Shown here: positions 1 to 8,105 of the stretch, in pieces
Layout of the letters: each line of letters begins with the position of its first letter
How positions within the stretch are numbered: the stretch's first letter is position 1
NCBI GenBank assembly: GCA_035063585.1
Contig: JAPSGB010000060.1
Coordinates: 1 to 21,551 of the forward strand
From: Polyangiaceae bacterium
Lineage (GTDB): Bacteria; Myxococcota_A; Polyangia; Polyangiales; Polyangiaceae
Direction of reading: 5' to 3'
DNA length: 21,551 nt
The notes under the pieces: generated by a model
The model's input: only the letters and a program-made list of their open reading frames with translations
The model's database searches: none
Told to the model about the DNA's origin: nothing
Program-made: the position numbers and the translations under genes

Positions 1-822
1 CTACTTGAGTTTGTCGAGGGTGGCGGCGCAATCTTTCCCGGTCGGGCTCCGCGCGTCGAGCTCGACGCACCGCGCGAGATCCGCCCGCGCTTCGTCCGCG
101 CGGCCGAGCGCGGCGCGCGCTCGCGCGCGCCCGGCGAAGCCGTCTTGGAGCGACTGGCACGCGGGCGCGTCGGTCTCGAGCGCGCGCGTGTAGGCCTGGA
201 GCGCGGAGGAGAACTCGCGCTTCTTCTCGTAGGCCAGACCGAGCCGGTAGTTGCCCACGCAGAAGAGCGGCTGCGCGGCGACGCTGCGCTCGAGCGCGTC
301 GATGGCGCGCCGGAGCTCGCCCTTCTCGAGATAGGCCCAGCCGAGATTTCCCCAAGCATTCTCAGGGGTCTGATAGAGGATGTCCTCCGTGAGCGGGCGC
401 AGGACCCCGATCGCGTCGTCGTAGCGCTTCTCGTGGATCAGGATCACGCCGAGGGTGTTCTTCGCCTCGCGGAAGTCGGATTTCGCCGCGAGCGCGCCTC
501 GCGCGAACTTCTCGGCCTCTCCGAGGCGGCACTCGCTCGGGCCGCGCTGGCAGAAATCGAGGTAGAGGAGCGCGACCAGGTGGCTTGCCTCGGCGTTGTC
601 CTCGTGCAAATCGACCGCCTTCAGCGCGTGCCCGAGCGCGTCGCGGAGCTTGCCCTGGCGGAGCCAGAGATCGCGCGCGATGTCGTACTCGCTCTGGCTC
701 ATCTTCACCGGATCGGCGCCCGGAGGCAGCTGCGCGCCGGGGCCGCCGCAGGCCGCGGCGAGCGCCCCCGCGAGGAGGACCGCCGCCGTCACCGCCGCCC
801 CGCTCCCGCGCCGCGCTCGCAT
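1..822 (-). CDS. tgl: TPR-repeat lipoprotein, Tgl/PilF-type type IV pilus secretin pilotin
   Basis: ATG at 822 gives a signal peptide MRARRG...VLLAGALAAAC with a lipobox; the TTG at 858 is less likely. Multiple TPRs. The segment LYQTPENAWGNLGWAY...QPLFCVG and the C-terminal Cys pattern (ARC...KDC..L.KL) resemble Myxococcus Tgl as I recall it. Stop TAG at 1-3. Confidence 0.75.
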   Translation of the reverse strand: MRARRGSGAAVTAAVLLAGALAAACGGPGAQLPPGADPVKMSQSEYDIARDLWLRQGKLRDALGHALKAVDLHEDNAEASHLVALLYLDFCQRGPSECRLGEAEKFARGALAAKSDFREAKNTLGVILIHEKRYDDAIGVLRPLTEDILYQTPENAWGNLGWAYLEKGELRRAIDALERSVAAQPLFCVGNYRLGLAYEKKREFSSALQAYTRALETDAPACQSLQDGFAGRARARAALGRADEARADLARCVELDARSPTGKDCAATLDKLK

Positions 823-897
823 CTCGGCGGGACTACCCCGGGAGCGGAGGTCCGTCAACGCCGGCTCCGGACGCTAGACCCTCGAAACTCCTCGGTT

Positions 898-1599
898 CTA
901 TCGCGCGGCCCGGCGCCCGGGCGGCTCCCCGCCGACGATCTGGTCCTTCACCCCGAGCAGCCCGTAGAGCTCGGTGAGCGCGGCGAGGTCGGGCAGCTCG
1001 ACCTTCTCGTCGACGATGGTGGCGTAGCCGCCCTCGCGGAGCTGCACGACGATGCGCTTCACGGTGTCGACGTCGAGCCCGACGCGGGCCGATAGCTCCA
1101 TCGGCGAGACGCTGAGCGCCACCGGCCCGTCCGTCTGGCCGGGCGAGGCGTGCCGCGCGAGCTTCAAGAGCCCCACCACCACCTTCGCCTGCGAGTCGCG
1201 CAGCATCTGGATCTCGAGCTGGTCCTCCGCGTCGCGGAGCCGCCGGATGAGCTGCTGGAGGACGCGCGTGCCCACCACCGGGTTCGACGAGAGCACCTGC
1301 TGGAAGGTCGTCTGGGCGAGCGCGAGCGCGGTCCCGTCAGCGAGGGCGACCGCGGTCGAGCTGTGCTCGCCGTCGGGCAGGAGCGCGGCCTCCCCGAAGA
1401 GATCGCCCGGCCGGAGCACGCGCAGACTCCGCTCCACGGCGCCCACCCGCTTGATCAGTCGGACCCGCCCCTCCTGCAGCAAGAACGCCTCGCTCGCCCG
1501 CGCGCCCTCGTCGAAGAGCACGTCGCCGGCCGCAAACGAGCGCCCGAAACGTGAGAGCAGGCGCTGCTCGCCGGCGTCCGAGGGGTCCGACTGGGCCAT
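898..1599 (-). CDS. Crp/Fnr-family transcriptional regulator (cNMP-binding domain + HTH)
   Basis: FAAGDVLFDEG, LLQEGRVRL and PGDLFGEAALL (cNMP-binding beta-roll), C-helix RRLRDAEDQL, C-terminal HTH (SPMELSARVGLDVDTVKRIVVQLREGG). Start is ATG 1599 or 1611; 1599 has TAGCAT 10 nt upstream. Confidence 0.9.
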   Translation of the reverse strand: MAQSDPSDAGEQRLLSRFGRSFAAGDVLFDEGARASEAFLLQEGRVRLIKRVGAVERSLRVLRPGDLFGEAALLPDGEHSSTAVALADGTALALAQTTFQQVLSSNPVVGTRVLQQLIRRLRDAEDQLEIQMLRDSQAKVVVGLLKLARHASPGQTDGPVALSVSPMELSARVGLDVDTVKRIVVQLREGGYATIVDEKVELPDLAALTELYGLLGVKDQIVGGEPPGRRAAR

Positions 1600-1686
1600 G
1601 GCGGCGCTCATGCTACCGGATCCGGGCGACGCGGGCCCGGAGTTTGGTTGGGTCGGTCCGGCGCGAGGCAGAGGCGCGCCCGCCCG

Positions 1687-2358
1687 TCAGCCGAGCGGCG
1701 ACGGTCGGAGCACCGGCCGGGTGGCGCCCGCGTCGCGGACGTAGAGCGGCTCCGGAGGGTGCGCGCCGGGCTCGAGCTCGCCGCCGAGCAGCGCGGTGAG
1801 CGCCGCGTGCGGCAGGTCCGTCTCCGGTGAGCGCAGGCTCGACGCCGGACCCGCGAGCTCGACCGCGACCGCGCCGAGCAGGACTCGCGCCGGACCGACC
1901 AGACCGTCGAGCTCGGCGAGGGCGGTCGCTCGGGGAAGCGCCCGCGCGGCGAGCCGCTCGACGCCGTGCTCGTCGTAGGCGGCGGCGAAGACCTCGCCGC
2001 GGCGCGCGTCGAGGAGGGGCACGCGGAGCCCCGACACGTGCGGCGGCGCGGCGCGAGCCATCGCCGCGAGGCTCGGTACGCCGACCACCGGGACGCCGAG
2101 CCCGAGCGCGATCCCCTGAGCGAGCGCGATCCCGACGCGGACTCCGGTGAAGGAGCCCGGTCCGACGCCGACCGCGAGGCGGTCGAGCGAGCCGCGCGCC
2201 CAGCCGGCCTCGGCGAGGAGCCGCGCGATGAGCGGCAGCATGAGCTCGGCGTGGGCTGAGCGGACCTCGTGCGACGCCTCCGCGAGCCGGACCCCGCCCT
2301 CGGCGAGCGCCACCGTGCCGCGGGCGGCGGCGGACGTCTCGATCCCGAGCACGCGCAT
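1687..2358 (-). CDS. tsaB: tRNA t6A biosynthesis protein TsaB (YeaZ)
   Basis: MRVLGIETS N-terminus, HAELMLPLI, VGVGPGSFTGVRVGIA signature, LDARRGEVF, C-terminal EPLYVR. Confidence 0.95.
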   Translation of the reverse strand: MRVLGIETSAAARGTVALAEGGVRLAEASHEVRSAHAELMLPLIARLLAEAGWARGSLDRLAVGVGPGSFTGVRVGIALAQGIALGLGVPVVGVPSLAAMARAAPPHVSGLRVPLLDARRGEVFAAAYDEHGVERLAARALPRATALAELDGLVGPARVLLGAVAVELAGPASSLRSPETDLPHAALTALLGGELEPGAHPPEPLYVRDAGATRPVLRPSPLG

Positions 2359-2420
2359 GGCGGGTAGGCCCTCTACCATGGATCCCACGCGGTCGCCTTC
2401 CCGGCTAGGATGGTCGATGC

Positions 2421-3659
2421 ATGGGCGTGGTCGTCCCCCACTTCGACTTTCGCGTCGCGGTCGGCGTCGCGGCGGACACTGGCCGGACGCGCGCGGACTA
2501 CGAGGACCGCGCGCTCGTGGCGCCCGAACGCGCGTTCTTCGCGCTCGCCGACGGGATGGGCGGGCACGCGGCCGGCGAGCTCGCCGCGCAGCTCGCGGTC
2601 GAGGAGGCGCGCGCGGCGGTCGCCGGAGAGGCCTCCGAGCGCGTCCGCGAGCACTACGCCGCGAGCCCGAACGCCGAGACGCGCCGCGCGATGCTCGCGC
2701 GGCTGCGCCGCGTAGTGGCGCGCGCCAACGAGCGGGTGCGCGCGGAGGCGGCAGGGCGCCCCGACGTAGCCGGGATGGGCGCGACGCTCGATCTGGTGTG
2801 GCTCGCGCGCGATCACGCCTTCATCGCGCACACGGGCGACGGCCGCGTGTACCTCGCGCGCGCGCACACCGTGATCCAGCTCACCCAAGATCACGCCGAG
2901 CGCGAGGAAGCGCTCGCCCGCGGGGCCGCGAGCCCGCACGGTCACCGCGCGACCACGAGCCGGCTGCTCCACGCGGTCGGGCTCGCGCACGAGGTACGCG
3001 TCGACACGCTGTTCGTGGATCTCGCGCGCGGGGATCGGCTGCTGCTCGCGACCGACGGCGTGCACGCGCAGGTCGGCGACGAGGCCGAGCTCTCGCGACT
3101 CCTCCGCGCCGGCTCGCCCGAGGAGGCCGCGCGCGGCCTGGTCGCGCGCGCCGCGGAGCGCGGCCGCGACAACGCGACCGCCATCGTCATCGAGGTGGGC
3201 GAGCGCTTCGTCCGGCGCCCGGCCGCCGACCGCGGGCTCTCCGCCGACGAGCTCGCGCGCGCGCGCTCGAGCCCGCTGCTCACCGGGCTGTCGAGCTCCG
3301 AGGTGTTCGGCGCGCTCGCCGCCGCGGTGGAGGTCGAGCTCGACGCAGGTCAGCCGGTGCCGCGGGTGCTCGCGAGCGATCTGGTCGCGTACCTCGTGCT
3401 CGACGGCCTGATCCGCGCGTCTGACGGCCGCGTCCTCGGCGCGGGCGCGCTCCTCTTCGCCGAGTCGCTCGCCGGGGTGTGGAGCGACGAGCCGCTCCCC
3501 ACCGTCACCCATACCGCGCGCCTGCTCCGGATCCGCGCCGACGATTTCGACGAGGTGTGCCGCTCCGACCACGCGCTCGCCGCCGCGCTCTATCGCCGGC
3601 TCGCCGCGCATCTCGCGCGCGCAAGCGCCGGGCGCGCGCCCGGCGCGCCGGAGCGCTGA
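2421..3659 (+). CDS. PP2C-type (PPM) Ser/Thr phosphatase with C-terminal degenerate cNMP-binding-like domain
   Basis: PP2C motifs GRTRADYED, ADGMGGH, MGATL, AHTGDGRVY, LTQDH, LATDGV, DNAT. The C-terminal ~130 aa (SPLLTGLS...YLVLDG...LLRIRADDF) follows the cNMP-domain pattern. Confidence 0.88.
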   Translation: MGVVVPHFDFRVAVGVAADTGRTRADYEDRALVAPERAFFALADGMGGHAAGELAAQLAVEEARAAVAGEASERVREHYAASPNAETRRAMLARLRRVVARANERVRAEAAGRPDVAGMGATLDLVWLARDHAFIAHTGDGRVYLARAHTVIQLTQDHAEREEALARGAASPHGHRATTSRLLHAVGLAHEVRVDTLFVDLARGDRLLLATDGVHAQVGDEAELSRLLRAGSPEEAARGLVARAAERGRDNATAIVIEVGERFVRRPAADRGLSADELARARSSPLLTGLSSSEVFGALAAAVEVELDAGQPVPRVLASDLVAYLVLDGLIRASDGRVLGAGALLFAESLAGVWSDEPLPTVTHTARLLRIRADDFDEVCRSDHALAAALYRRLAAHLARASAGRAPGAPER

Positions 3660-3683
3660 GCCTCACAATTTCGCGCGAGCCGC

Positions 3684-3711
3684 TTGCAATCCTTCGCGAA
3701 GCGACTACTTT
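3684..3711 (+). promoter_or_regulatory. sigma70-type promoter of tRNA-Pro
   Basis: TTGCAA (3684-3689), 16-nt spacer, TACTTT (3706-3711), 40 nt upstream of the tRNA in an otherwise very GC-rich background. Confidence 0.6.
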
Positions 3712-3751
3712 CCGCGAGCCCGCTCCGACCCTCCAGGTCGGGTCGGGTGGT

Positions 3752-3826
3752 CGGGGCGTAGCGCAGCCTGGTTAGCGCACTTGACTGGGGGTCAAGGGGT
3801 CGGTGGTTCGAATCCACTCGCCCCGA
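3752..3826 (+). tRNA. tRNA-Pro (anticodon GGG), CCA not encoded
   Basis: Acceptor stem CGGGGCG/CGCCCCG plus discriminator A; D arm GCGCAGCCTGGTTAGCGC; anticodon arm CTTGA-CTGGGGG-TCAAG; T arm GGTGG-TTCGAAT-CCACT. Followed by CTA rather than CCA. Confidence 0.97.
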
Positions 3827-3869
3827 CTATTTTTCGGGCGGGTTTCGGCGCGGCGGCGACGGGGCGCGC

Positions 3870-3965
3870 TCAGAGAGCCGTGCCGAACGCGGCCCCCGCG
3901 TCGTAGTCGAACCCGAGCTCGAGCTCGGTCACGTCGAAGAACCCCCCGATTCGCGCGAGCGGAAA
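3870..3965 (-). pseudogene. possible 3' remnant of a lost gene (about 31 codons, no upstream start)
   Basis: Minus frame reads FPLARIGGFFDVTELELGFDYDAGAAFGTAL-stop with 24 consecutive G/C-ending codons. No in-frame start was found upstream before the next stop near 4410. Confidence 0.3.
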
Positions 3966-4003
3966 GCGCCTCGCGGGCTCGCGAGCTGGAGTAGGCTCGG
4001 CGC

Positions 4004-4585
4004 GTGGGGCGACGTGGAGGGCTCGCTGAAATGACGGATGATACCGCTCGGGTCGGCTCGCGGAGGCCGCCGGCCGACTACCCCTCGGCCGCGTTCGTCG
4101 ACGAGCGCCCCGAGCTCGGCCTCCGCGTATGGACGCAAGGCCCGCTCTTCGTCGTGCGCTGGTCGTCGATGATGACGGCAGATTCGGGCGACCACCTCGT
4201 CGCCGCGATCGCGCGGATGCCGCTCCCGCGCGAGCACCGACACTACATCGCCATTCAGCCGGCGCACATCCTCGGGATGTCGGGCGAGGACACCATCGTC
4301 GCGGTACGTTACGCGACCGCGGTCCTCCGCTCCGTCGCCACCTTCCAGCTGCTCGTCCTCGGCGACGGCGTGGGCGCCACGCTGCTGCGCTCGAGCTTTC
4401 GCGTGCTGCTCACCACCGCGCGCACGACGGGCGCCCTCTTGGGACGGTCGACGGGGAACCTGGTCGATCGGGTCTTCCTCACGCCCAACATCGCGCAAGC
4501 GCTCTCGCGAGTGCATTCGTACGAGAGAGGGCTCGACGTCTCGACCAGCCTCCGCGCGCTCCAAGACGCCGGGATGCTCGACTGA
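4004..4585 (+). CDS. hypothetical protein, possibly STAS/SEC14-like alpha/beta fold
   Basis: GC3-rich frame. Start is either GTG 4004 (TAGGCT 6 nt upstream) or ATG 4031 (GGAGG upstream). The pattern LFVVRW...LLVLGDGVGATLLRS...RVF....AQAL recalls myxobacterial STAS/SEC14-like hypotheticals. Confidence 0.65.
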   Translation: MGRRGGLAEMTDDTARVGSRRPPADYPSAAFVDERPELGLRVWTQGPLFVVRWSSMMTADSGDHLVAAIARMPLPREHRHYIAIQPAHILGMSGEDTIVAVRYATAVLRSVATFQLLVLGDGVGATLLRSSFRVLLTTARTTGALLGRSTGNLVDRVFLTPNIAQALSRVHSYERGLDVSTSLRALQDAGMLD

Positions 4586-4654
4586 CCGCGCGCCGCGGCC
4601 GCCCGGCGGGCGCTCGCCGCGCCCACGCCGCGCGCCCCGCGCCCCGTCGAGCCC

Positions 4655-6001
4655 CTACCCCTTCGGCTCGACCACCCGCCCCGCGAACAGCACGAGCCCG
4701 CTCGCGTGGTCGTAGAGCGCGAAGAGAAACGGGTGGTCCGCCTTGAACTCGAGGGGAGGAGGCGCGGGCGCGGCGCCTTCGGTGACGGTGAGCGCGGTCG
4801 CGGCGGCGGCCTCGGTGCCGGTCTCGTCGACGCGAATGAACGCCTTATGGAACACCGCCGAGAGGTAGAGGCGCTCCGCCGGGTTCGGCGGGTTCGCGAT
4901 CCCCGTGAGGTCGGCCCGTTCGCGATCGAAGAGCGAGCGGAGCCCGATCGCGCCGAGCTCCTGGGCGAGCTCGAGCGACTCGGGCGGATCGATGGTGAAC
5001 CGTGGGAGCGAGACCGCGACGCGCGCGGGCTTCAGGTCGGCGAGGAGCTTCTGCCACGCGGGCTCCGAGAGCCACGCCTCGAGCCCGGCGAGCCCGCCCT
5101 TGGCGCGCGGCAGGAGGATCAGGAAGGAGAACGCGCCGCCCGCGTAGGGGAGCGCGAGCGCGGTGAGCTCGGGGCTCGAGGTCGCGAGCCGATAGTCGCC
5201 CACCACCTGCATGGTGGGGACCTCCTTCGCCGCGCCTCCGCCAGCGTCGAACGGCGTCGGGCGCGTCGCGCTCTTCGGAAACGGGGTGGCCCACTGCCCC
5301 AGGAAATAGACGGCGTTCACGAGCGCGAGGCGCGTCTCGGGCGACACGCCGCCCCGCGGGACGAGCTCGCGGATCCGCTGCTCGGTCCGCTCTGCTACCC
5401 AGCGGTTGATGAGCGCGCGCGCCGGCTCGGGCGCCGCGCGAAAATCCAGCCGCTCGAGCGGCGCGCCGTAGGCTCGCTCGGTGAGCTCGAGATAACCCGC
5501 GTCGAAGGTGTAGCCCCGCTCGCCGAACAGCCGGTTCGCGCTCCGAAAGTGGTTCGGGCGCGCGCTCGCCGCGAGACGCTCGGCGAGCGCTCCACCCACC
5601 CGCACGACCTCGCCGGTAGGCTCGCCCAGGTGCATCACGCGCCGGAGCTCGTCCGCCGTCACGCCGCGCGCGCCGCCGAGCAGCAGGCCCAGCGCGAAAT
5701 CGAGGCTCGCCGGGGAGAGCACCAGATCACCGGTGCTCCGCGTCGCGACGCGACGATAGAGGTCGAACCCGAGCTGGTTGCTCGCCGCCGCGAACTTCAC
5801 CGCCGCGGCCGCCGGCACGTGCCCGCCCGGAGGCGTCGACTCCGCGCTCGGCGCACCCGCGGGATGCGCTCGGGGCGCGTCAGTCACGAGCGGCCCCGCG
5901 GCTCCCGCCGACCCGCCGCCGACCCCCGGCGCTCGCCGCTGGCAACCGAGCATCCCGGCGAGCCCGAGCGCGAGCGCCAAGCTCCGAGCGAAATATCTCA
6001 T
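4655..6001 (-). CDS. serpin-family protease inhibitor, predicted lipoprotein
   Basis: Signal MRYFARSLALALGLAGMLGC. Serpin motifs SPASL, INRWVAERT, LVNAVYFLGQW..PF, LPRF, hinge VDETGTEAAAAT, FKADHPFLF, LFAGRV. Start ATG 6001 (GTG 6010 alternative). Confidence 0.95.
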   Translation of the reverse strand: MRYFARSLALALGLAGMLGCQRRAPGVGGGSAGAAGPLVTDAPRAHPAGAPSAESTPPGGHVPAAAAVKFAAASNQLGFDLYRRVATRSTGDLVLSPASLDFALGLLLGGARGVTADELRRVMHLGEPTGEVVRVGGALAERLAASARPNHFRSANRLFGERGYTFDAGYLELTERAYGAPLERLDFRAAPEPARALINRWVAERTEQRIRELVPRGGVSPETRLALVNAVYFLGQWATPFPKSATRPTPFDAGGGAAKEVPTMQVVGDYRLATSSPELTALALPYAGGAFSFLILLPRAKGGLAGLEAWLSEPAWQKLLADLKPARVAVSLPRFTIDPPESLELAQELGAIGLRSLFDRERADLTGIANPPNPAERLYLSAVFHKAFIRVDETGTEAAAATALTVTEGAAPAPPPLEFKADHPFLFALYDHASGLVLFAGRVVEPKG

Positions 6002-6123
6002 GAGCACCACCTGCGCCGACCACGAACGACATACGACCAGGACCGGGCGCCACCTTCCCTGACGCCCCGCCGCCGCGCCGGAGACTACGCGCTCCGCGCT
6101 CCTTGATCTAGGCTCCGCCCGCC

Positions 6124-6984
6124 ATGCACCGCGTGCTCTCCGACCTCATCGACTTGCTCGGGCTCGAGCGGCTCGACCGCGATCTCTTCCGCGGACAGAG
6201 CCAGGACCTCGGCTGGGGCGCCATCTTCGGCGGCCAGGTGCTCGGCCAAGCGCTCTCCGCCGCCACCCAGACGGTGACCCTGGAGCGGAGCGTGCACTCG
6301 CTGCACGGATATTTCCTTCGGGCGGGTGACGTCACAAGACCCATCATCTATCAGGTCGAGCGGCTCCGAGACGGCCGCAGCTTCACCACGCGGCGGGTGT
6401 CGGCGGTTCAAGGGGGCGAGGCCATCTTCAGCCTCGAGGCCTCGTTCCAGGTGGAAGAGGCGGGCTTCGATCATCAAGACGACATGCCCGACGTCCCCGC
6501 GCCCGAGACGCTCCGCTCGGAGCGCGACATCGCGCTCGCCATGGCCGACAAGCTCCCGGAGGGCCTGCGCGAGAAGGCCACCGCCGAGCGCCCCATCGAG
6601 CTCCGCCCGGTCGAGCCGCGGAGCCTGCGTAAGCCGGTGGTCGCGCCGCCGCGCCGCCACCACTGGTGCCGCGCCATCGACACCTTGCCGGACGACCCCG
6701 CGCTCCACCGCTATCTTCTCGCCTACTCCTCGGATTTCGCCTTCCTCGGCACCGCCATGGATCCCCACGGCGTCTCCTGGCTCTCGCCGGGCATGCAGGT
6801 CGCCTCCATCGATCACGCGATGTGGTTCCACCGGCCGCTCCGCTTCGACGACTGGCTGCTCTACGCGGTCGAGAGTCCGTCCGCCTCGGGTGGGCGCGGG
6901 CTCGCGCGCGGGCGCTTCTTCGATCGCGCGGGGCGCTTGGTGGCGACCTGCGCGCAAGAGGGGCTCATCCGTCAGCGCCGCTGA
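6124..6984 (+). CDS. tesB: acyl-CoA thioesterase II
   Basis: IFGGQVLGQAL, HSLHGYFLRAGD, LRDGRSFTTRRVSAVQ, LAYSSDF, ASIDHAMWFHRP, QEGLIR. Confidence 0.96.
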   Translation: MHRVLSDLIDLLGLERLDRDLFRGQSQDLGWGAIFGGQVLGQALSAATQTVTLERSVHSLHGYFLRAGDVTRPIIYQVERLRDGRSFTTRRVSAVQGGEAIFSLEASFQVEEAGFDHQDDMPDVPAPETLRSERDIALAMADKLPEGLREKATAERPIELRPVEPRSLRKPVVAPPRRHHWCRAIDTLPDDPALHRYLLAYSSDFAFLGTAMDPHGVSWLSPGMQVASIDHAMWFHRPLRFDDWLLYAVESPSASGGRGLARGRFFDRAGRLVATCAQEGLIRQRR

Positions 6985-7021
6985 GCGCGTGAACGCCGAG
7001 GCGAGTATCCTCCAGCACCCC

Positions 7022-8050
7022 ATGCGCGCGCTCGTCATCGTCGAACCGGGTAGGCCGCTCGAGCTCCGCGACCTCCCTCGTCCGGAGCCGGGGCCGGGCG
7101 AGCTCCTCGTCCAGGTGGAAGCCGCCGGGATCTGTCACTCGGACGCCCACTACCGCGACGGCACCGGCAACCTGACGCGCCTCCCCCTGATCCCGGGCCA
7201 CGAGATCGCGGGCAAGGTGGTGGGGTTGGGGTCGGAGCACCGCGGAATCCCGCTGGGCGCTCGCGTGGCGCTCCACTACCTCGTCACCTGCGGGCGCTGC
7301 GAGCGCTGCGCGCGCGGGCTCGAGCAGTTCTGCGACGAGGTCGCCATGCTCGGCAAGGATCTCCCGGGCGGCTACGCGGAATACGTGGTCGCGCCAGCCG
7401 CGAACGCGGTACGGCTCCCGGACCTGCTCGATCCCGCGGAGGCGGCGGTCATGATGTGCTCCACCGCGACCGCGCTCCACGCGCTCGACAAGGCGCGGCT
7501 CCGCCCCGGCGAGACGGTGGCCGTGTTCGGCGCGGGTGGGCTCGGTCAGTCTGCGGTGAAGCTGGCCCGCGTGCTCGGCGCGAGCGCCGTCTACGCCGTC
7601 GAGGTCGCGCCCGCCAAACGCGCGGCGGCGGCGCGCTCCGGCGCGATCACGATCGATCCTGCCGATGGCCCGCCCGAGCGGCAAATCCGCGAGCTTACCC
7701 GAGGTCGCGGCGTGGACGTCGCGCTCGAGCTGGTCGGGCTGCCGCTCACCGCGGAGCAGGCCGTCGCGGCGGTCGGGGTGCAGGGCCGCGTCGCGCTCGC
7801 GGGGCTCTCGCGGGAGCCGTTCCGCGTGCGAAGCTACCCGGACGTGCTCGGCCGCGAGCTCGAGCTCATCGGCGTCTCCGATCATCGGCGCGAGGAGCTC
7901 GACCGGCTGATGGAGCTCGCGCGCACCGGCGCGCTCGAGCTCGGGAGCGTGGTCGCCGAGCGGCTCCCGCTCGAGGCCGACGCCGTGAACGAGCGGCTCG
8001 ACGCGCTCGCGAGCTTCCGCGGCGCGACCCGCTCGGTCATCACGCCCTGA
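7022..8050 (+). CDS. zinc-dependent medium-chain alcohol dehydrogenase
   Basis: MRALVI start at ATG 7022. GICHSD, PGHEIAG, structural-zinc motif CGRCERCARGLEQFC, third ligand MMCSTAT, Rossmann VAVFGAGGLG. The ORF-track extension from 6326 overlaps tesB and is spurious. Confidence 0.93.
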   Translation: MRALVIVEPGRPLELRDLPRPEPGPGELLVQVEAAGICHSDAHYRDGTGNLTRLPLIPGHEIAGKVVGLGSEHRGIPLGARVALHYLVTCGRCERCARGLEQFCDEVAMLGKDLPGGYAEYVVAPAANAVRLPDLLDPAEAAVMMCSTATALHALDKARLRPGETVAVFGAGGLGQSAVKLARVLGASAVYAVEVAPAKRAAAARSGAITIDPADGPPERQIRELTRGRGVDVALELVGLPLTAEQAVAAVGVQGRVALAGLSREPFRVRSYPDVLGRELELIGVSDHRREELDRLMELARTGALELGSVVAERLPLEADAVNERLDALASFRGATRSVITP

Positions 8051-8070
8051 GACGCCGGCCGCGCCGGGCC

Positions 8071-8091
8071 GGCAGCCCTCCCGAGGCTGCC
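8071..8091. terminator. stem-loop between convergent genes
   Basis: GGCAGCC-CTCCCGA-GGCTGCC inverted repeat in the 55-nt gap between the convergent ADH and rhodanese-like genes. No U-tract. Confidence 0.3.
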
Positions 8092-8105
8092 CCGCGAGCG
8101 CGCGG

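Noticed and set aside
3827..4003. Possible riboswitch or ncRNA (several hairpins, GGAAA loop) downstream of the tRNA
   Set aside because: No recognisable conserved riboswitch core, and hairpins arise easily at this GC content. An Rfam/Infernal scan would settle it.
6326..7021. N-terminal extension of the alcohol dehydrogenase (574-aa ORF)
   Set aside because: Overlaps tesB in another frame with low-complexity S/R/P composition; the family N-terminus MRALV begins at 7022.
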